Shown here: one piece after another, positions 38,869-48,246 of the stretch
Layout of the letters: each line of letters opens with the position of its first letter
Position numbering within the stretch: position 1 is the first letter of the stretch
Assembly (NCBI GenBank): GCA_021790895.1
Contig: JAJYFM010000001.1
Coordinates: 4,494-68,493, forward strand
Reading direction: 5' to 3'
Source: a bacterium
GTDB lineage: Bacteria > Vulcanimicrobiota > Vulcanimicrobiia > Vulcanimicrobiales > Vulcanimicrobiaceae
DNA length: 64,000 bases
The notes under the pieces: model-generated
What the model saw: only the letters and a program-made list of their open reading frames with translations
Database searches by the model: none
Told to the model about the DNA's origin: nothing
Made by a program: the position numbers and the translations under genes

Positions 38869-39830
38869 CTCCTACTGCCGAGATGATGCGTCGTGGAAAC
38901 GAAGCGCACCGTTCCGCCCGCTTGGACGAGAATCGATCGCGTTCGCGCTCGATTTTCGTAGAAGCGCACGCCGTGGACGAGATCGCCGTCGGTGATCCCC
39001 GTCGCGCAGAAGAGCACCTCATCGCTCTTCACAAGATCGTCGATTGCAAGCACGCGGTCGAGGTTGCCGAATCCCATTGCTTGCGCGCGCGCCGCCTCTT
39101 CCGGATTTCGCGGTTTTAATCGTCCCATGAAATTGCCGCCGAGGCATTTGATCGCTGCCGCAGCGAGGACGCCCTCCGGCGCGCCGCCGATGCCCATCGC
39201 GACGTGAACTCCGGTGGTATCGATGGCGGTAGCGATACACGCGTCGACATCGCCGTCGGAGATCAATTTGATGCGCGCACCCGCGCTGCGCACCTGTTCG
39301 ATAAGCTCGCCGTGGCGCGGTCGGTCGAGGATGACCACACAGATATCGCCGATCGGCTTCTCGAGCGCGCGCGCGACTGCTGCGAGATTCTCGTGAACCG
39401 AGGCGTCGATATGCACGTGCGGCGCCGCCTTCGGCCCGACGGCGAGTTTTTCCATATATGAATCGGGAGCATGCAAGAGTCCGCCGCGCGGCGCGATCGC
39501 CATGACCGCGATCGAGTTCGGGAGACCGTTCGCGACGAGATTCGTTCCTTCAACGGGATCGACGGCAATGTCGACGGCTGGGCCGCCGCAGCCGACCTCT
39601 TCACCGATGAAAAGCATCGGCGCTTCGTCGCGCTCGCCTTCCCCGATGACGATCCGGCCGCTGATCTCCATCTCGCCCAACGCCGCGCGCATCGCTTCAA
39701 CTGCGGCGCCGTCGGCGATATCGCGCTCGCCGCGACCCATCCAGTGGGAAGCCGCAAGCGCTGCGCGCTCGGTTATGGTAACGAAATCAAGCGAGGGCTT
39801 CATGCGCTCCTGCGTGGTTACATCGTTCAT
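38865..39830 (-). CDS. glpX: fructose-1,6-bisphosphatase class II
   Basis: Internal ATG 39830. GlpX family motifs (VTITERAALAASHWMGRG and DPVEGT). Confidence 0.9.
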   Translation of the reverse strand: MNDVTTQERMKPSLDFVTITERAALAASHWMGRGERDIADGAAVEAMRAALGEMEISGRIVIGEGERDEAPMLFIGEEVGCGGPAVDIAVDPVEGTNLVANGLPNSIAVMAIAPRGGLLHAPDSYMEKLAVGPKAAPHVHIDASVHENLAAVARALEKPIGDICVVILDRPRHGELIEQVRSAGARIKLISDGDVDACIATAIDTTGVHVAMGIGGAPEGVLAAAAIKCLGGNFMGRLKPRNPEEAARAQAMGFGNLDRVLAIDDLVKSDEVLFCATGITDGDLVHGVRFYENRARTRSILVQAGGTVRFVSTTHHLGSRR

Positions 39831-39880
39831 CCGCCTCAGGCTACAAGGGAAGCGGTGCGAATCCTTTAACTCCCCCCGGC

Positions 39881-41395
39881 GTGTCCGAACGTCACGCCAA
39901 TGCAGCATCCCCTACCGGCTATTCCGGCCAGCGCGCGCTCGAAGGAGGCATTCCTGCTCTTCTCGTCGTGATGCTCGCGGGGCTCACCCTCGGCTTCTTT
40001 CTCTGGGAGAGCCTCGCAGCACCGCGCTTGGGCGCGTTCTTCAGCGAGATCGCCTTCCTCGCGCTACCGCTCCTCGGGGCCGCCGCAACCTACTTTCTCT
40101 GGCTGGAGTACGCGCGCTATTTCAGCGCCCGAGCCGGGGTCACGTTTGCGAAATCGCTCCGGCACGACGCCATCACCTGGGCGCCGTTTCTCCTACTCTG
40201 GGCGACCTACGTCGTGCCACCGAATCTCGCGACCGGCTCGCGGATGCTCGTGCTCGCAGCGATGCTCTCGGCGATTCTCAAAGTGCTCATCGCCGCGCGC
40301 TTCAACCAGACCGTGCGCGAGGTGCTGCTCGACTTTGTGGCCACACGCGCAGCGATCATCGTCATCGCCGAGCTCGCCGCGGTCATCATCGGCCAGCGCC
40401 CCGGGCAGCACGTCAGCGAGTCGTCGCAACTCTTGCTCGCGGTTTGGGGACGCTGGGATGCCGTCCACTACCTCAACATCGCAACGCACGGTTATCAAGG
40501 CACCGAGATGGCCTTCTTCCCGCTCTATCCGATGATGATCCGCGCCCTCGGCGTGCTCGTCGGCAATCACCTCGTTGCCGGGCTGCTCATCTCCAACGCG
40601 TGTTTTTTCTTCGCGCTCCTCTTTCTCTATAAATTACTCGAACGCGAATTCGACCGCACCGTTGCGCGGCGCGCGATTTTCTACGTCTCGATTTTCCCCT
40701 CCGCGGTCTTCTTCTCGGCGGTCTACACCGAATCGCTCTTCTTCATGCTCACGGTGGCGACGTTCTTTTACCTACGGCGACGCCGCTGGCTCGTCGCCGG
40801 GGCGATCGGCTTTCTCGCGGCGATGACGCGCGTCGAGGGTATCTTATTGGTCGTCCCGTTCGCATTGGAGTGGTACTCCGTCTATCGGCAACGTCTGCTC
40901 GAGAATATCCGTTCGCTGCTCCCGGCTGCGCTGATCGGCTGCGGACTCGCGCTCTATATGGCCTACCTTTGGGTGCTCACCGGCGATCCGCTCTTCTTTT
41001 CACACGTTCAGGCGCATTGGAACCGCCACCTCGCGCCGCCGTGGGTGAGCGTCGCAAATTCGTTTATCGCCATCGCCCACGCACAATCAGGCGCGGCGGT
41101 TGCGAACCAGGCGCTCGAGCTGAGTTTCACCGCGCTCATGGTCGCGGTGCTGATCTTCGGCTGGAAGCGATTGCGCCCGTCCTATATCGCCTATATGGCG
41201 CTCTCGATCCTCATCCCGATGTCGACATCGAGCCTGATGAGCATGCCCCGTTTCGCGCTCGTGCTCTTTCCGCTCTTCGCTATCCTCGCTCGCTGGGGCG
41301 ATCGTCCCTGGGTCAACAATCTCATCCTCGCCTTCTCGCTCCCGCTCTTAGGGCTCTTCACCGTTCTCTTTGCCGATTGGTATTGGGTTGCATAG
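39881..41395 (+). CDS. polytopic membrane glycosyltransferase, PIG-V-like mannosyltransferase family (GT-C fold)
   Basis: 504 aa, many TM helices. WDAVHYLNIATHGY followed by FFPLYP resembles the PIG-V/GT76-like signature. GTG start. Confidence 0.65.
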   Translation: MSERHANAASPTGYSGQRALEGGIPALLVVMLAGLTLGFFLWESLAAPRLGAFFSEIAFLALPLLGAAATYFLWLEYARYFSARAGVTFAKSLRHDAITWAPFLLLWATYVVPPNLATGSRMLVLAAMLSAILKVLIAARFNQTVREVLLDFVATRAAIIVIAELAAVIIGQRPGQHVSESSQLLLAVWGRWDAVHYLNIATHGYQGTEMAFFPLYPMMIRALGVLVGNHLVAGLLISNACFFFALLFLYKLLEREFDRTVARRAIFYVSIFPSAVFFSAVYTESLFFMLTVATFFYLRRRRWLVAGAIGFLAAMTRVEGILLVVPFALEWYSVYRQRLLENIRSLLPAALIGCGLALYMAYLWVLTGDPLFFSHVQAHWNRHLAPPWVSVANSFIAIAHAQSGAAVANQALELSFTALMVAVLIFGWKRLRPSYIAYMALSILIPMSTSSLMSMPRFALVLFPLFAILARWGDRPWVNNLILAFSLPLLGLFTVLFADWYWVA

Positions 41396-41819
41396 CATCG
41401 TTCATTCCGTCGCCAAGCGCCGCGGCGTCCGTCAATTCACAAAATTTGCGATCGTCGGGCTCTCCGGGACGATCCTCAACTTCATCCTCTTCACCGTCCT
41501 CCAGCACTTCGTTCCCAACCACGACCAAGCGTTGCAGTATGCGATCATCTATTCGATCGCGTTCATGGCGGGCGGCGTCTCGAATTACTATCTCAATCGA
41601 CGTTGGACGTTTCGCTCCGATGCAAACGCGGTACGGGAGGGCGTGCAATTTCTCACGGTCTCTGCGCTCGCGTTGCTCGTCGGTCTCGGGGTCGCTCCGC
41701 TCACCAAACCGTTCTTCGGCAACCATTACGGGCATCGCACGTGGCTGGTCGGAACGATCGCCGGCATCTTCGTCAATTTTTTCGTCAATAAATACTGGAC
41801 GTTCCGGCACACGCGGTGA
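41370..41819 (+). CDS. GtrA-family membrane protein (polyprenyl-phosphate-sugar translocation)
   Basis: 149 aa, 4 TM helices. Motifs FTKFAIVGLSGTILNF and NYYLNRRWTFR are typical GtrA. The start is uncertain (TTG 41370 or TTG 41388). Confidence 0.8.
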   Translation: MPIGIGLHSIVHSVAKRRGVRQFTKFAIVGLSGTILNFILFTVLQHFVPNHDQALQYAIIYSIAFMAGGVSNYYLNRRWTFRSDANAVREGVQFLTVSALALLVGLGVAPLTKPFFGNHYGHRTWLVGTIAGIFVNFFVNKYWTFRHTR

Positions 41820-43411
41820 AATCGTTCCGTTTTCTACTGATTGCCATCTGCGTGCTCGGCGCAGCCTTACGGTTGCACGGCATTCATAATCCAATCCTCG
41901 ATCATCCGAACTGGCGTCAAGGCGACACCGCGAATATCGCGCGGAATTTCTATCGTCTCAACGGCAACATTCTCTACCCACAGACAAACTACGACGGGCC
42001 GCCTCCGCACTACGTCGAGTTAGAGTTGCAGATCATCCCCTATCTCGCCGCCGCTCTCTATCACGTCTTCGGCATCCACCCGATCTTCGGACGACTCCTC
42101 ACCCTCGGGTTCAGCGTCGCGACGATCTTCGTGCTCGGACTTTTCGGGCGTTGGCTTTTTGACGATGCACTCGGCGGGCTCGTCGCCGCGCTCGCATTTG
42201 CAATCTTTCCCGGCAGCATCTACTACGGGCGCACCTTCACTCCCGACGCAGCGATGGTCTTTTTTCTCACCGCGGCGCTCTACGCAACGGCACGATTGCT
42301 GCTGGAAGATCTCGCGGTCGAGCCGCGCCGACTCGCGCGGGCTGCGGGGCTCTGTACGATGGCCCTGCTTGCAAAGCCGGTCGCGCTTGCCGGCCTCGTC
42401 GGCGCCGTCGGCCCGCTCGTCGAACGCTTGCGCGCCAAACATCCGATCCGCCCCACCGCGCTGATCGTTCTCGGCTTCGTACCGCTCGTCATTCTCGAAA
42501 TGTACGATCATGCGGTGCGCGCGCATGCGCAATGGCGCTGGGCGAGCGGCATTCTCGACAAGCACGTTCTTCCGCATCTTCTCGGATCGTTTACCTCGAT
42601 CCATGCGTTCGCACGGCAGATCGAACTTGCGCTCTACGGTTTAAACCTCTTCCGAATCACGATGCTCGGGAGCATCGGCACGATCGTCGTTCTCCTCTCG
42701 CTCGTCGTGCTTCCGCGCGTCCGGATGCGTTCTCCGCTTCTCCTTCCGCTCTGGTTTCTCGGCGCGGCGTGCTATACGTACGCGGTAATCGCGGTCGAAC
42801 GCGTCGATTACTATCTCTTTCTGCTCCTCCCGCCGTGCGCACTTGCCATCGGCGGCGCAGCGACCTGGGCGCGCGATCGCTTCGGCAAGAGCCGGCCCGC
42901 CTCGATTGCGCTCGCGGCCGGGGGAGCGATCCTCGGAACGGCGGTTCTCCTCGGCGGCCTCACCGCGATCGCACCGTACTATCACTATAGCAAATCGGCG
43001 TACCGAAACGCGGTCGCTCTCGACCGCGCGCTACCGCGCAACGCCTTACCCGTGATCGCGCATTACGGTCCCGATATCTTTTACTACATGGATCGTTTCG
43101 GCTGGGAAGAGGACCCCTACATCTGGACGCCCTTCGACGAGGAGAGCGCGATCGCCAAGGGATCGCGATATTTTATTTCGATCGAGGACGCGCGCTTCCG
43201 AAAGAATCTCGAGCTCTGCGCGTGGATGTCGCGCTTTCCGCTCGTTCGCTTTCCCGGCGTAAGTTGGCCGGTCTACCACACCTCGCTCCGCGCGATGCTT
43301 CCCGGAGCGCGACGACGCTGGCGCGCGTTTCGCCGCGCCGAGCACGCGGGGCAGGGGCGCGCCTTCCTCACTGCGCACGGGCTCTGCCTGCTCCACTCAG
43401 GGCAGGGGTAG
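41816..43411 (+). CDS. ArnT/PMT-like polyprenyl-phosphate-sugar-dependent glycosyltransferase (GT-C fold)
   Basis: 531 aa. Polytopic N-terminal two-thirds with an early loop (NWRQGDTANIARNF) and a soluble C-terminal domain. GTGA overlap with gtrA. Confidence 0.7.
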   Translation: MKSFRFLLIAICVLGAALRLHGIHNPILDHPNWRQGDTANIARNFYRLNGNILYPQTNYDGPPPHYVELELQIIPYLAAALYHVFGIHPIFGRLLTLGFSVATIFVLGLFGRWLFDDALGGLVAALAFAIFPGSIYYGRTFTPDAAMVFFLTAALYATARLLLEDLAVEPRRLARAAGLCTMALLAKPVALAGLVGAVGPLVERLRAKHPIRPTALIVLGFVPLVILEMYDHAVRAHAQWRWASGILDKHVLPHLLGSFTSIHAFARQIELALYGLNLFRITMLGSIGTIVVLLSLVVLPRVRMRSPLLLPLWFLGAACYTYAVIAVERVDYYLFLLLPPCALAIGGAATWARDRFGKSRPASIALAAGGAILGTAVLLGGLTAIAPYYHYSKSAYRNAVALDRALPRNALPVIAHYGPDIFYYMDRFGWEEDPYIWTPFDEESAIAKGSRYFISIEDARFRKNLELCAWMSRFPLVRFPGVSWPVYHTSLRAMLPGARRRWRAFRRAEHAGQGRAFLTAHGLCLLHSGQG

Positions 43412-44068
43412 AAGCGAGGTTCCCCCGAGGTTCGACGAACCCGGCGCTGCGGCGTTGGGAACCCCCGAACTCACCAACTGTCGATAGGCGATCAGGCGAT
43501 TGGTGTTGCGCGCGACGTCAAGCTCGAGTTCGTACGAGGCTTTGATCGCCGAGGTGAGATCGGCGGTATCGTAGGTGTACGAAAAGCGATGCAGGTTGCG
43601 CACGATCGCCGTGTTCGCAATATCCAGCTGCGCATACGCCTCTAAGATGCGGCGTGCCGCGCTGCGATAGGTCGGGTAATTCGAGCTGACGATGCCTTGT
43701 TTGAGGCTCGCGCTTTCGATCTCGGCGCGTAATGCTTGCAAACGCAGATCTTTCGGCGCGATATGCTCGGCCTGACGGATCGTTCCTAGCGCCCCTTGGA
43801 GGTCGCCGAGCGTGTACTGCTTGTGCGCGAGATCGGCAGCGGCGGCGACATATCCGGCTCGCACCGTCGCATCGTGCGGATCGATCTTCAGCGCGAGGCG
43901 ATAGGAGAGTTCGGCGCCGCGGACGTCGCCGCGTGCAAGCGCGAGGCGCCCCTGGTGAACGCGCGTCTGCGCGATCCAGGAGGCGACGGTATGCGCGCAA
44001 CCGCTCAGCGCGAGCACCGAGGTGACGAGTGCGAGAGAGCGGATGCTAGAAGTGAACGTGGACGGCAA
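43397..44068 (-). CDS. hypothetical lipoprotein with TPR-like helical repeats
   Basis: 223 aa. Lipobox LALSGC and Ala-rich helical repeats resembling TPR (ELSYRLALKIDPHDA). Confidence 0.5.
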   Translation of the reverse strand: MPSTFTSSIRSLALVTSVLALSGCAHTVASWIAQTRVHQGRLALARGDVRGAELSYRLALKIDPHDATVRAGYVAAAADLAHKQYTLGDLQGALGTIRQAEHIAPKDLRLQALRAEIESASLKQGIVSSNYPTYRSAARRILEAYAQLDIANTAIVRNLHRFSYTYDTADLTSAIKASYELELDVARNTNRLIAYRQLVSSGVPNAAAPGSSNLGGTSLLPLP

Positions 44069-44873
44069 AGCGGGCTACCTCCTCGACCAGAAGCGCTGCA
44101 GGCACGAAGAACAATTGCGAGAGTATCGTACCGATTATCGCGGTCAGCGACAAGTAGAAGACCATCGCGCGCACTTCGTCGATGTTCCGCTTCCCGTGGA
44201 TTGCCTGGTCGGTAATCATCGACGAGGTCGGATCGACGAAGAGCGTAAAGGCGATCGTGCCGATGCCGTTGATGACGCCGGAGAGGCTGATCGCGGTGCG
44301 CGAGACCGCCGGATCGAAGACCGAGGCGAGAAACGCAGCCTGCACGCCGATGGCGTAGACCGCCATGACCAGAATGTTGAAGATCAACATCCGGCGCGGT
44401 AAGCTTCTCCAGTTAAAGGATCGCAGTTGCGCCAACGTCGGGAAATGCTGCGCTCGTAGAACCTCTAACAAGATCCGCGGACGCAAGAGGCGGGCGACGG
44501 CATGGGGAACCGAGCCGCGCGCTTCAAAAGAGGCGACACCGCGGCGAAAGAGATAGGCGAACATCGGCAGGAAGAGCGCGAAGACGATCATGCCGAAGGT
44601 TCCGGCCAACACGATCAAGCGAAGTTGCATTTCGAAGGTATGCTGCCAGAGCGCGACCGCGTGCGGATGATGATGGTACCGCACCACGGCGCGGCCGGCG
44701 GTATCGGAGAGCGGGCCGACGAAAAACGCGGAGAACAGATTGGCGAGTCGCCCGGTCGTGACGAAGAGATTGAAGAGCGAGATCGAGGTCGCGATGCGTT
44801 TGGTCTGCACGCCGGCGAGACGGGCTGCATAGGCGCCGATCGTCACGCCTTGCACGATGAACGTAATGAGCAT
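44046..44873 (-). CDS. amj: Amj-family lipid II flippase (DUF2837)
   Basis: From ATG 44873, 275 aa. YAARLAGVQTKRIATSISLFN and LSGVINGIGTIAFTLFVDPTSSMITD closely resemble B. subtilis Amj (YdaH) as I recall it. Confidence 0.75.
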   Translation of the reverse strand: MLITFIVQGVTIGAYAARLAGVQTKRIATSISLFNLFVTTGRLANLFSAFFVGPLSDTAGRAVVRYHHHPHAVALWQHTFEMQLRLIVLAGTFGMIVFALFLPMFAYLFRRGVASFEARGSVPHAVARLLRPRILLEVLRAQHFPTLAQLRSFNWRSLPRRMLIFNILVMAVYAIGVQAAFLASVFDPAVSRTAISLSGVINGIGTIAFTLFVDPTSSMITDQAIHGKRNIDEVRAMVFYLSLTAIIGTILSQLFFVPAALLVEEVARFAVHVHF

Positions 44874-44919
44874 CGCGCCCCAGAGCTTCCCGGAAAAGAG
44901 ATGCGGAACCAACGAAAGG

Positions 44920-46191
44920 CTATGCACCGTGCGCTCCCCACCCGATCTCGGCGGCGGCGGTCGGGCCGACGAGCGCGAGCGCTCGGCGTTGCGGTGTAAA
45001 AGCGAGCCGTGCAATCTCAAGCACGTTCTCGGTGCTCACCGCATCGATGCCGCTCTCGATCTCCTCTTGTGGGATCTCGCGACCATGGACGAGCTCTTGA
45101 CGCCCCAGGCGCATCATGCGGCTGGAGGTGCTCTCAAGCCCGAGCATCATGCTGCCCTTGAGGTGCTCTTTCGCCTGACGTAGCTCTTCTTCTCCGACCG
45201 GCTCGCTCGCGAGTCGACCGACCTCATCGAGGATCGTGTCGATACAGGGCTGCGCGTTTTTCAGCGAGGTTCCGGCGTAGACCGCGAGACTTCCGGCTTC
45301 GCGATAGGTGCTGCCGTACGCCGTGACGGTATAGACGAGTCCGCGTTTCTCGCGCACTTCTTGAAAGAGACGGCTCGACATCCCTCCGCCGAGAATCGTT
45401 TGCGCGACCGAGAGCGCGTACCGTCGGTTGTCGCGCGCGCTGACGCTCGGGCCACCGAGAACGAGATGAACCTGTTCGATCTCTTTGCTTCGCCGCGCAA
45501 GCGAGATGTGCGCGGGTGGTGCCGCGGCGGTGGGAAGTTTCGCTGTGCCGCGCTGCGCGCCGAGCGCTTGCCGCGTTAATGCGACGATCTCATCGTGATC
45601 GACGTTTCCGGCGGCGCAAAGCACGACCGCATTCGGTGCGTAATGCGCGGCGAGGTGCGCGTGCAGATCGCTCGATTCCAGCGCGGCGACCGTCTCGGGG
45701 AAGCCGATCGTCGGCGCTCCGAGATCGGAGCCTTCCCAAAGTTGTTGAGAAAAAATCTCGTGCACGAGATCATCGGGCGCATCTTCGTACATCTTGATCT
45801 CTTCGAGGACGACGTTGCGCTCTTTCCGTAACTCCTCGGGGTCGAAAAGCGAATGGGCGAGCATATCCGCGAGCACGTCGATCGCGAGCGGAACGTGCCG
45901 ATCGATGACCTTTGCGTAGTAACAGGTCGTCTCTTTGTCGGTAAAGGCGTTCAGATCGCCGCCGACGGAATCGAGCGCTTCGGCGATCTCGCGCGCGCTT
46001 CGCCGCTCCGTCCCCTTAAAGAGCATGTGCTCGACCATGTGCGAGATGCCACGAAGGTGCGGTGCCTCGGCGCTGGATCCGACATCGACCCAGAGCCCGA
46101 TGCTCGCCGAACGCACCGAGGACATCTCCTCGGTGATGACGCGCAGCCCATTCTCCAGAACGCTCTTCTTACGCACCGCCGTCTCTCCCAT
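44920..46191 (-). CDS. M16 family (pitrilysin/insulinase-like) zinc peptidase
   Basis: Inverted zinc motif HMVEHMLFKGT (HxxEH). Internal ATG 46191 chosen. Confidence 0.85.
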   Translation of the reverse strand: MGETAVRKKSVLENGLRVITEEMSSVRSASIGLWVDVGSSAEAPHLRGISHMVEHMLFKGTERRSAREIAEALDSVGGDLNAFTDKETTCYYAKVIDRHVPLAIDVLADMLAHSLFDPEELRKERNVVLEEIKMYEDAPDDLVHEIFSQQLWEGSDLGAPTIGFPETVAALESSDLHAHLAAHYAPNAVVLCAAGNVDHDEIVALTRQALGAQRGTAKLPTAAAPPAHISLARRSKEIEQVHLVLGGPSVSARDNRRYALSVAQTILGGGMSSRLFQEVREKRGLVYTVTAYGSTYREAGSLAVYAGTSLKNAQPCIDTILDEVGRLASEPVGEEELRQAKEHLKGSMMLGLESTSSRMMRLGRQELVHGREIPQEEIESGIDAVSTENVLEIARLAFTPQRRALALVGPTAAAEIGWGAHGA

Positions 46192-46702
46192 GAAGTGCGC
46201 GCGCAACCCAGCGCGGGTCGGTGACGACGCCGATGCCCGCCTGCAAGCGATGCGCGAGCTCCGTCGCGCTCTCGCCGCGCCGCACACTAACCGTCAGGAC
46301 ATCGCGCTCGGTCGGCTTCGCCTTATCGCCGGAGACATCCGTTCCCGGCGCGACCGGAATCGGCACGACGATCCAGCAATCGACTTCGCGGATCGTCGGC
46401 GAGACCGCGAAGGAGATCTCCACCGCGCCGACGAGCTCCCGGTCGAGGAGCGCCGCGCTCACCGGACCGTGGAACTTCTCACCAGAAAAACGCAGCCCGA
46501 CATAGGTGCGGTTCCCCAACCCCGACGCGCGGATCTCGAGTAACTGAACGGGTAAGACGCGCGAAAAAATCCGTTCGCCGATCGTTTCGGCGAGTGCGCG
46601 CCGATTGCCGCGAGCGCGCGCCTCGGCATCGATCTGTGCGATCGCCGGATGAGCGCGGAGCGCGGCAAGCGCCGAGATCGGCGTGACGAGGGTCATCGTC
46701 AT
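46169..46702 (-). CDS. hypothetical protein with an N-terminal signal/TM segment
   Basis: Open frame between proS and the M16 peptidase in the same orientation. Start MTMTLVTPISALAA at 46702. No recognisable domain. Confidence 0.4.
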   Translation of the reverse strand: MTMTLVTPISALAALRAHPAIAQIDAEARARGNRRALAETIGERIFSRVLPVQLLEIRASGLGNRTYVGLRFSGEKFHGPVSAALLDRELVGAVEISFAVSPTIREVDCWIVVPIPVAPGTDVSGDKAKPTERDVLTVSVRRGESATELAHRLQAGIGVVTDPRWVARALHGRDGGA

Positions 46703-46724
46703 GGCAAACGCCACGCCAAGAATG

Positions 46725-48182
46725 CTAGTACGATGCAGCAACGTAGGCTCGTACCTTTGCCGGCTCGCCGCAGGCAACGCAGTGTTTTTCGTCACCGTCG
46801 AGTGGGCGAAGCACGCGCGTGGTCGCCGAGCATTCGGCCTTGATGTGCGCCTCGCACTCAGCCCGATCGCACCATGCGATATCGATCATCCCGGCGCGCT
46901 CGCGTGCAGCCGCATAGAATGCCTCGCGATCGACGATACGGATGATGCGCGCATCGAGCGCGGCTTTTGCTTGTGCGTAGAGCGACTCTTGCACCAACTC
47001 CAGCGATCGGCGCACTTCGCCCTCGAGTGCATCGATGGCGATGCTCCGCTTCTGATCCGGCATGCCCTTCTCGAGATCGCGTCGTACGAGAACGATGCTT
47101 CCGGCATCGACATCGCGCGGGCCGATCTCGATGCGCAGCGGGACTCCGCGCATCTCCCACTCTGTATACTTCCAACCTGGAGATTGGTCGCGGTCGTCGA
47201 CGCGCACTCGCATTCCGGAGTGCTTGAGCGCGGCGGCGAGTTCGTGCGCCCGATCGATCGCCCGGCGATCCTCACCGCGAACGATCGGAATGAAGACCAC
47301 TTCGATCGGCGCGAGCTTCGGCGGAATGCGCAGCCCGCGATCGTCGCCGTGTGCCATAATCGTGGCGCCGAGCATTCTCCACGAGACCCCCCACGAGGTC
47401 GTATAGGCGTGCTTCACCGCACCGTCGATATCGGTGAACTCAATATTGAACGCGCGCGAGAAATTCTGTCCGAGGTCGTGCGAGGTTCCCGACTGTAAGG
47501 CTTTACCGTCGGGCATCAACGCCTCGATGCTGTAGGTCTCAACCGCACCCGGGAAACGCTCGCTCGCGCTCTTCGGTCCGGAGAGCACCGGGAGCGCCGC
47601 GACGTTCCGCGCGAACTCTTCGTAGACGCCGAGCATTTTCAGCGTCTCTTCGCGCGCTTCTTCCGCCGTAGCGTGCGCGGTGTGCCCTTCCTGCCAGAGA
47701 AATTCCATCGTCCGCAGGAACGGGCGCGTCGCCTTCTCCCAACGCACGACGTTCGCCCATTGGTTGATCAGGATCGGTAGATCGCGATAGGACTCCACCC
47801 ACTGCGCGTACATCGTTCCGATCGTCACCTCGGAGGTCGGTCGAATCGCCAGCCGCTCGGTAAGTTTTTCGCCGCCGCCGTGCGTGACCCACGCCACCTC
47901 CGGCGCAAATCCTTCGACGTGTTCGGCCTCTTTCGTCAGCAGACTCTCCGGAATCAATAACGGAAAGTACGCGTTCTCGTGACCCGTCGCTTTGAAGCGT
48001 GCATCGAGCTCGCGTTGCAGATGCTCCCAGAGTCCGTACCCATAGGGACGCAAGACGACGCAGCCGCGCACCGGCGCGTACGAGATGAGTTCGGCCTTCA
48101 GACAGACGGCGGTGTACCACGCCGAGAGATCCTCGGATTTCGGCGGGATCGATTTTGGGAGTGCGACGGGAGCTTCGGACAT
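46725..48182 (-). CDS. proS: prolyl-tRNA synthetase, archaeal/eukaryote-like type (no INS editing domain, C-terminal zinc-binding domain)
   Basis: 485 aa from ATG 48182. WYTAVCLKAELI...VRGCVVLRPYGYGLWE N-terminus, class II motifs, and a Cys-rich C-terminal domain ending in Tyr. Confidence 0.9.
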   Translation of the reverse strand: MSEAPVALPKSIPPKSEDLSAWYTAVCLKAELISYAPVRGCVVLRPYGYGLWEHLQRELDARFKATGHENAYFPLLIPESLLTKEAEHVEGFAPEVAWVTHGGGEKLTERLAIRPTSEVTIGTMYAQWVESYRDLPILINQWANVVRWEKATRPFLRTMEFLWQEGHTAHATAEEAREETLKMLGVYEEFARNVAALPVLSGPKSASERFPGAVETYSIEALMPDGKALQSGTSHDLGQNFSRAFNIEFTDIDGAVKHAYTTSWGVSWRMLGATIMAHGDDRGLRIPPKLAPIEVVFIPIVRGEDRRAIDRAHELAAALKHSGMRVRVDDRDQSPGWKYTEWEMRGVPLRIEIGPRDVDAGSIVLVRRDLEKGMPDQKRSIAIDALEGEVRRSLELVQESLYAQAKAALDARIIRIVDREAFYAAARERAGMIDIAWCDRAECEAHIKAECSATTRVLRPLDGDEKHCVACGEPAKVRAYVAASY

Positions 48183-48246
48183 AAGCGCACCGGGTTCGCG
48201 TGATTTAGCGGGGCCGCCTGCGCGGAGGCGCGAACCCGAGCCGTCG

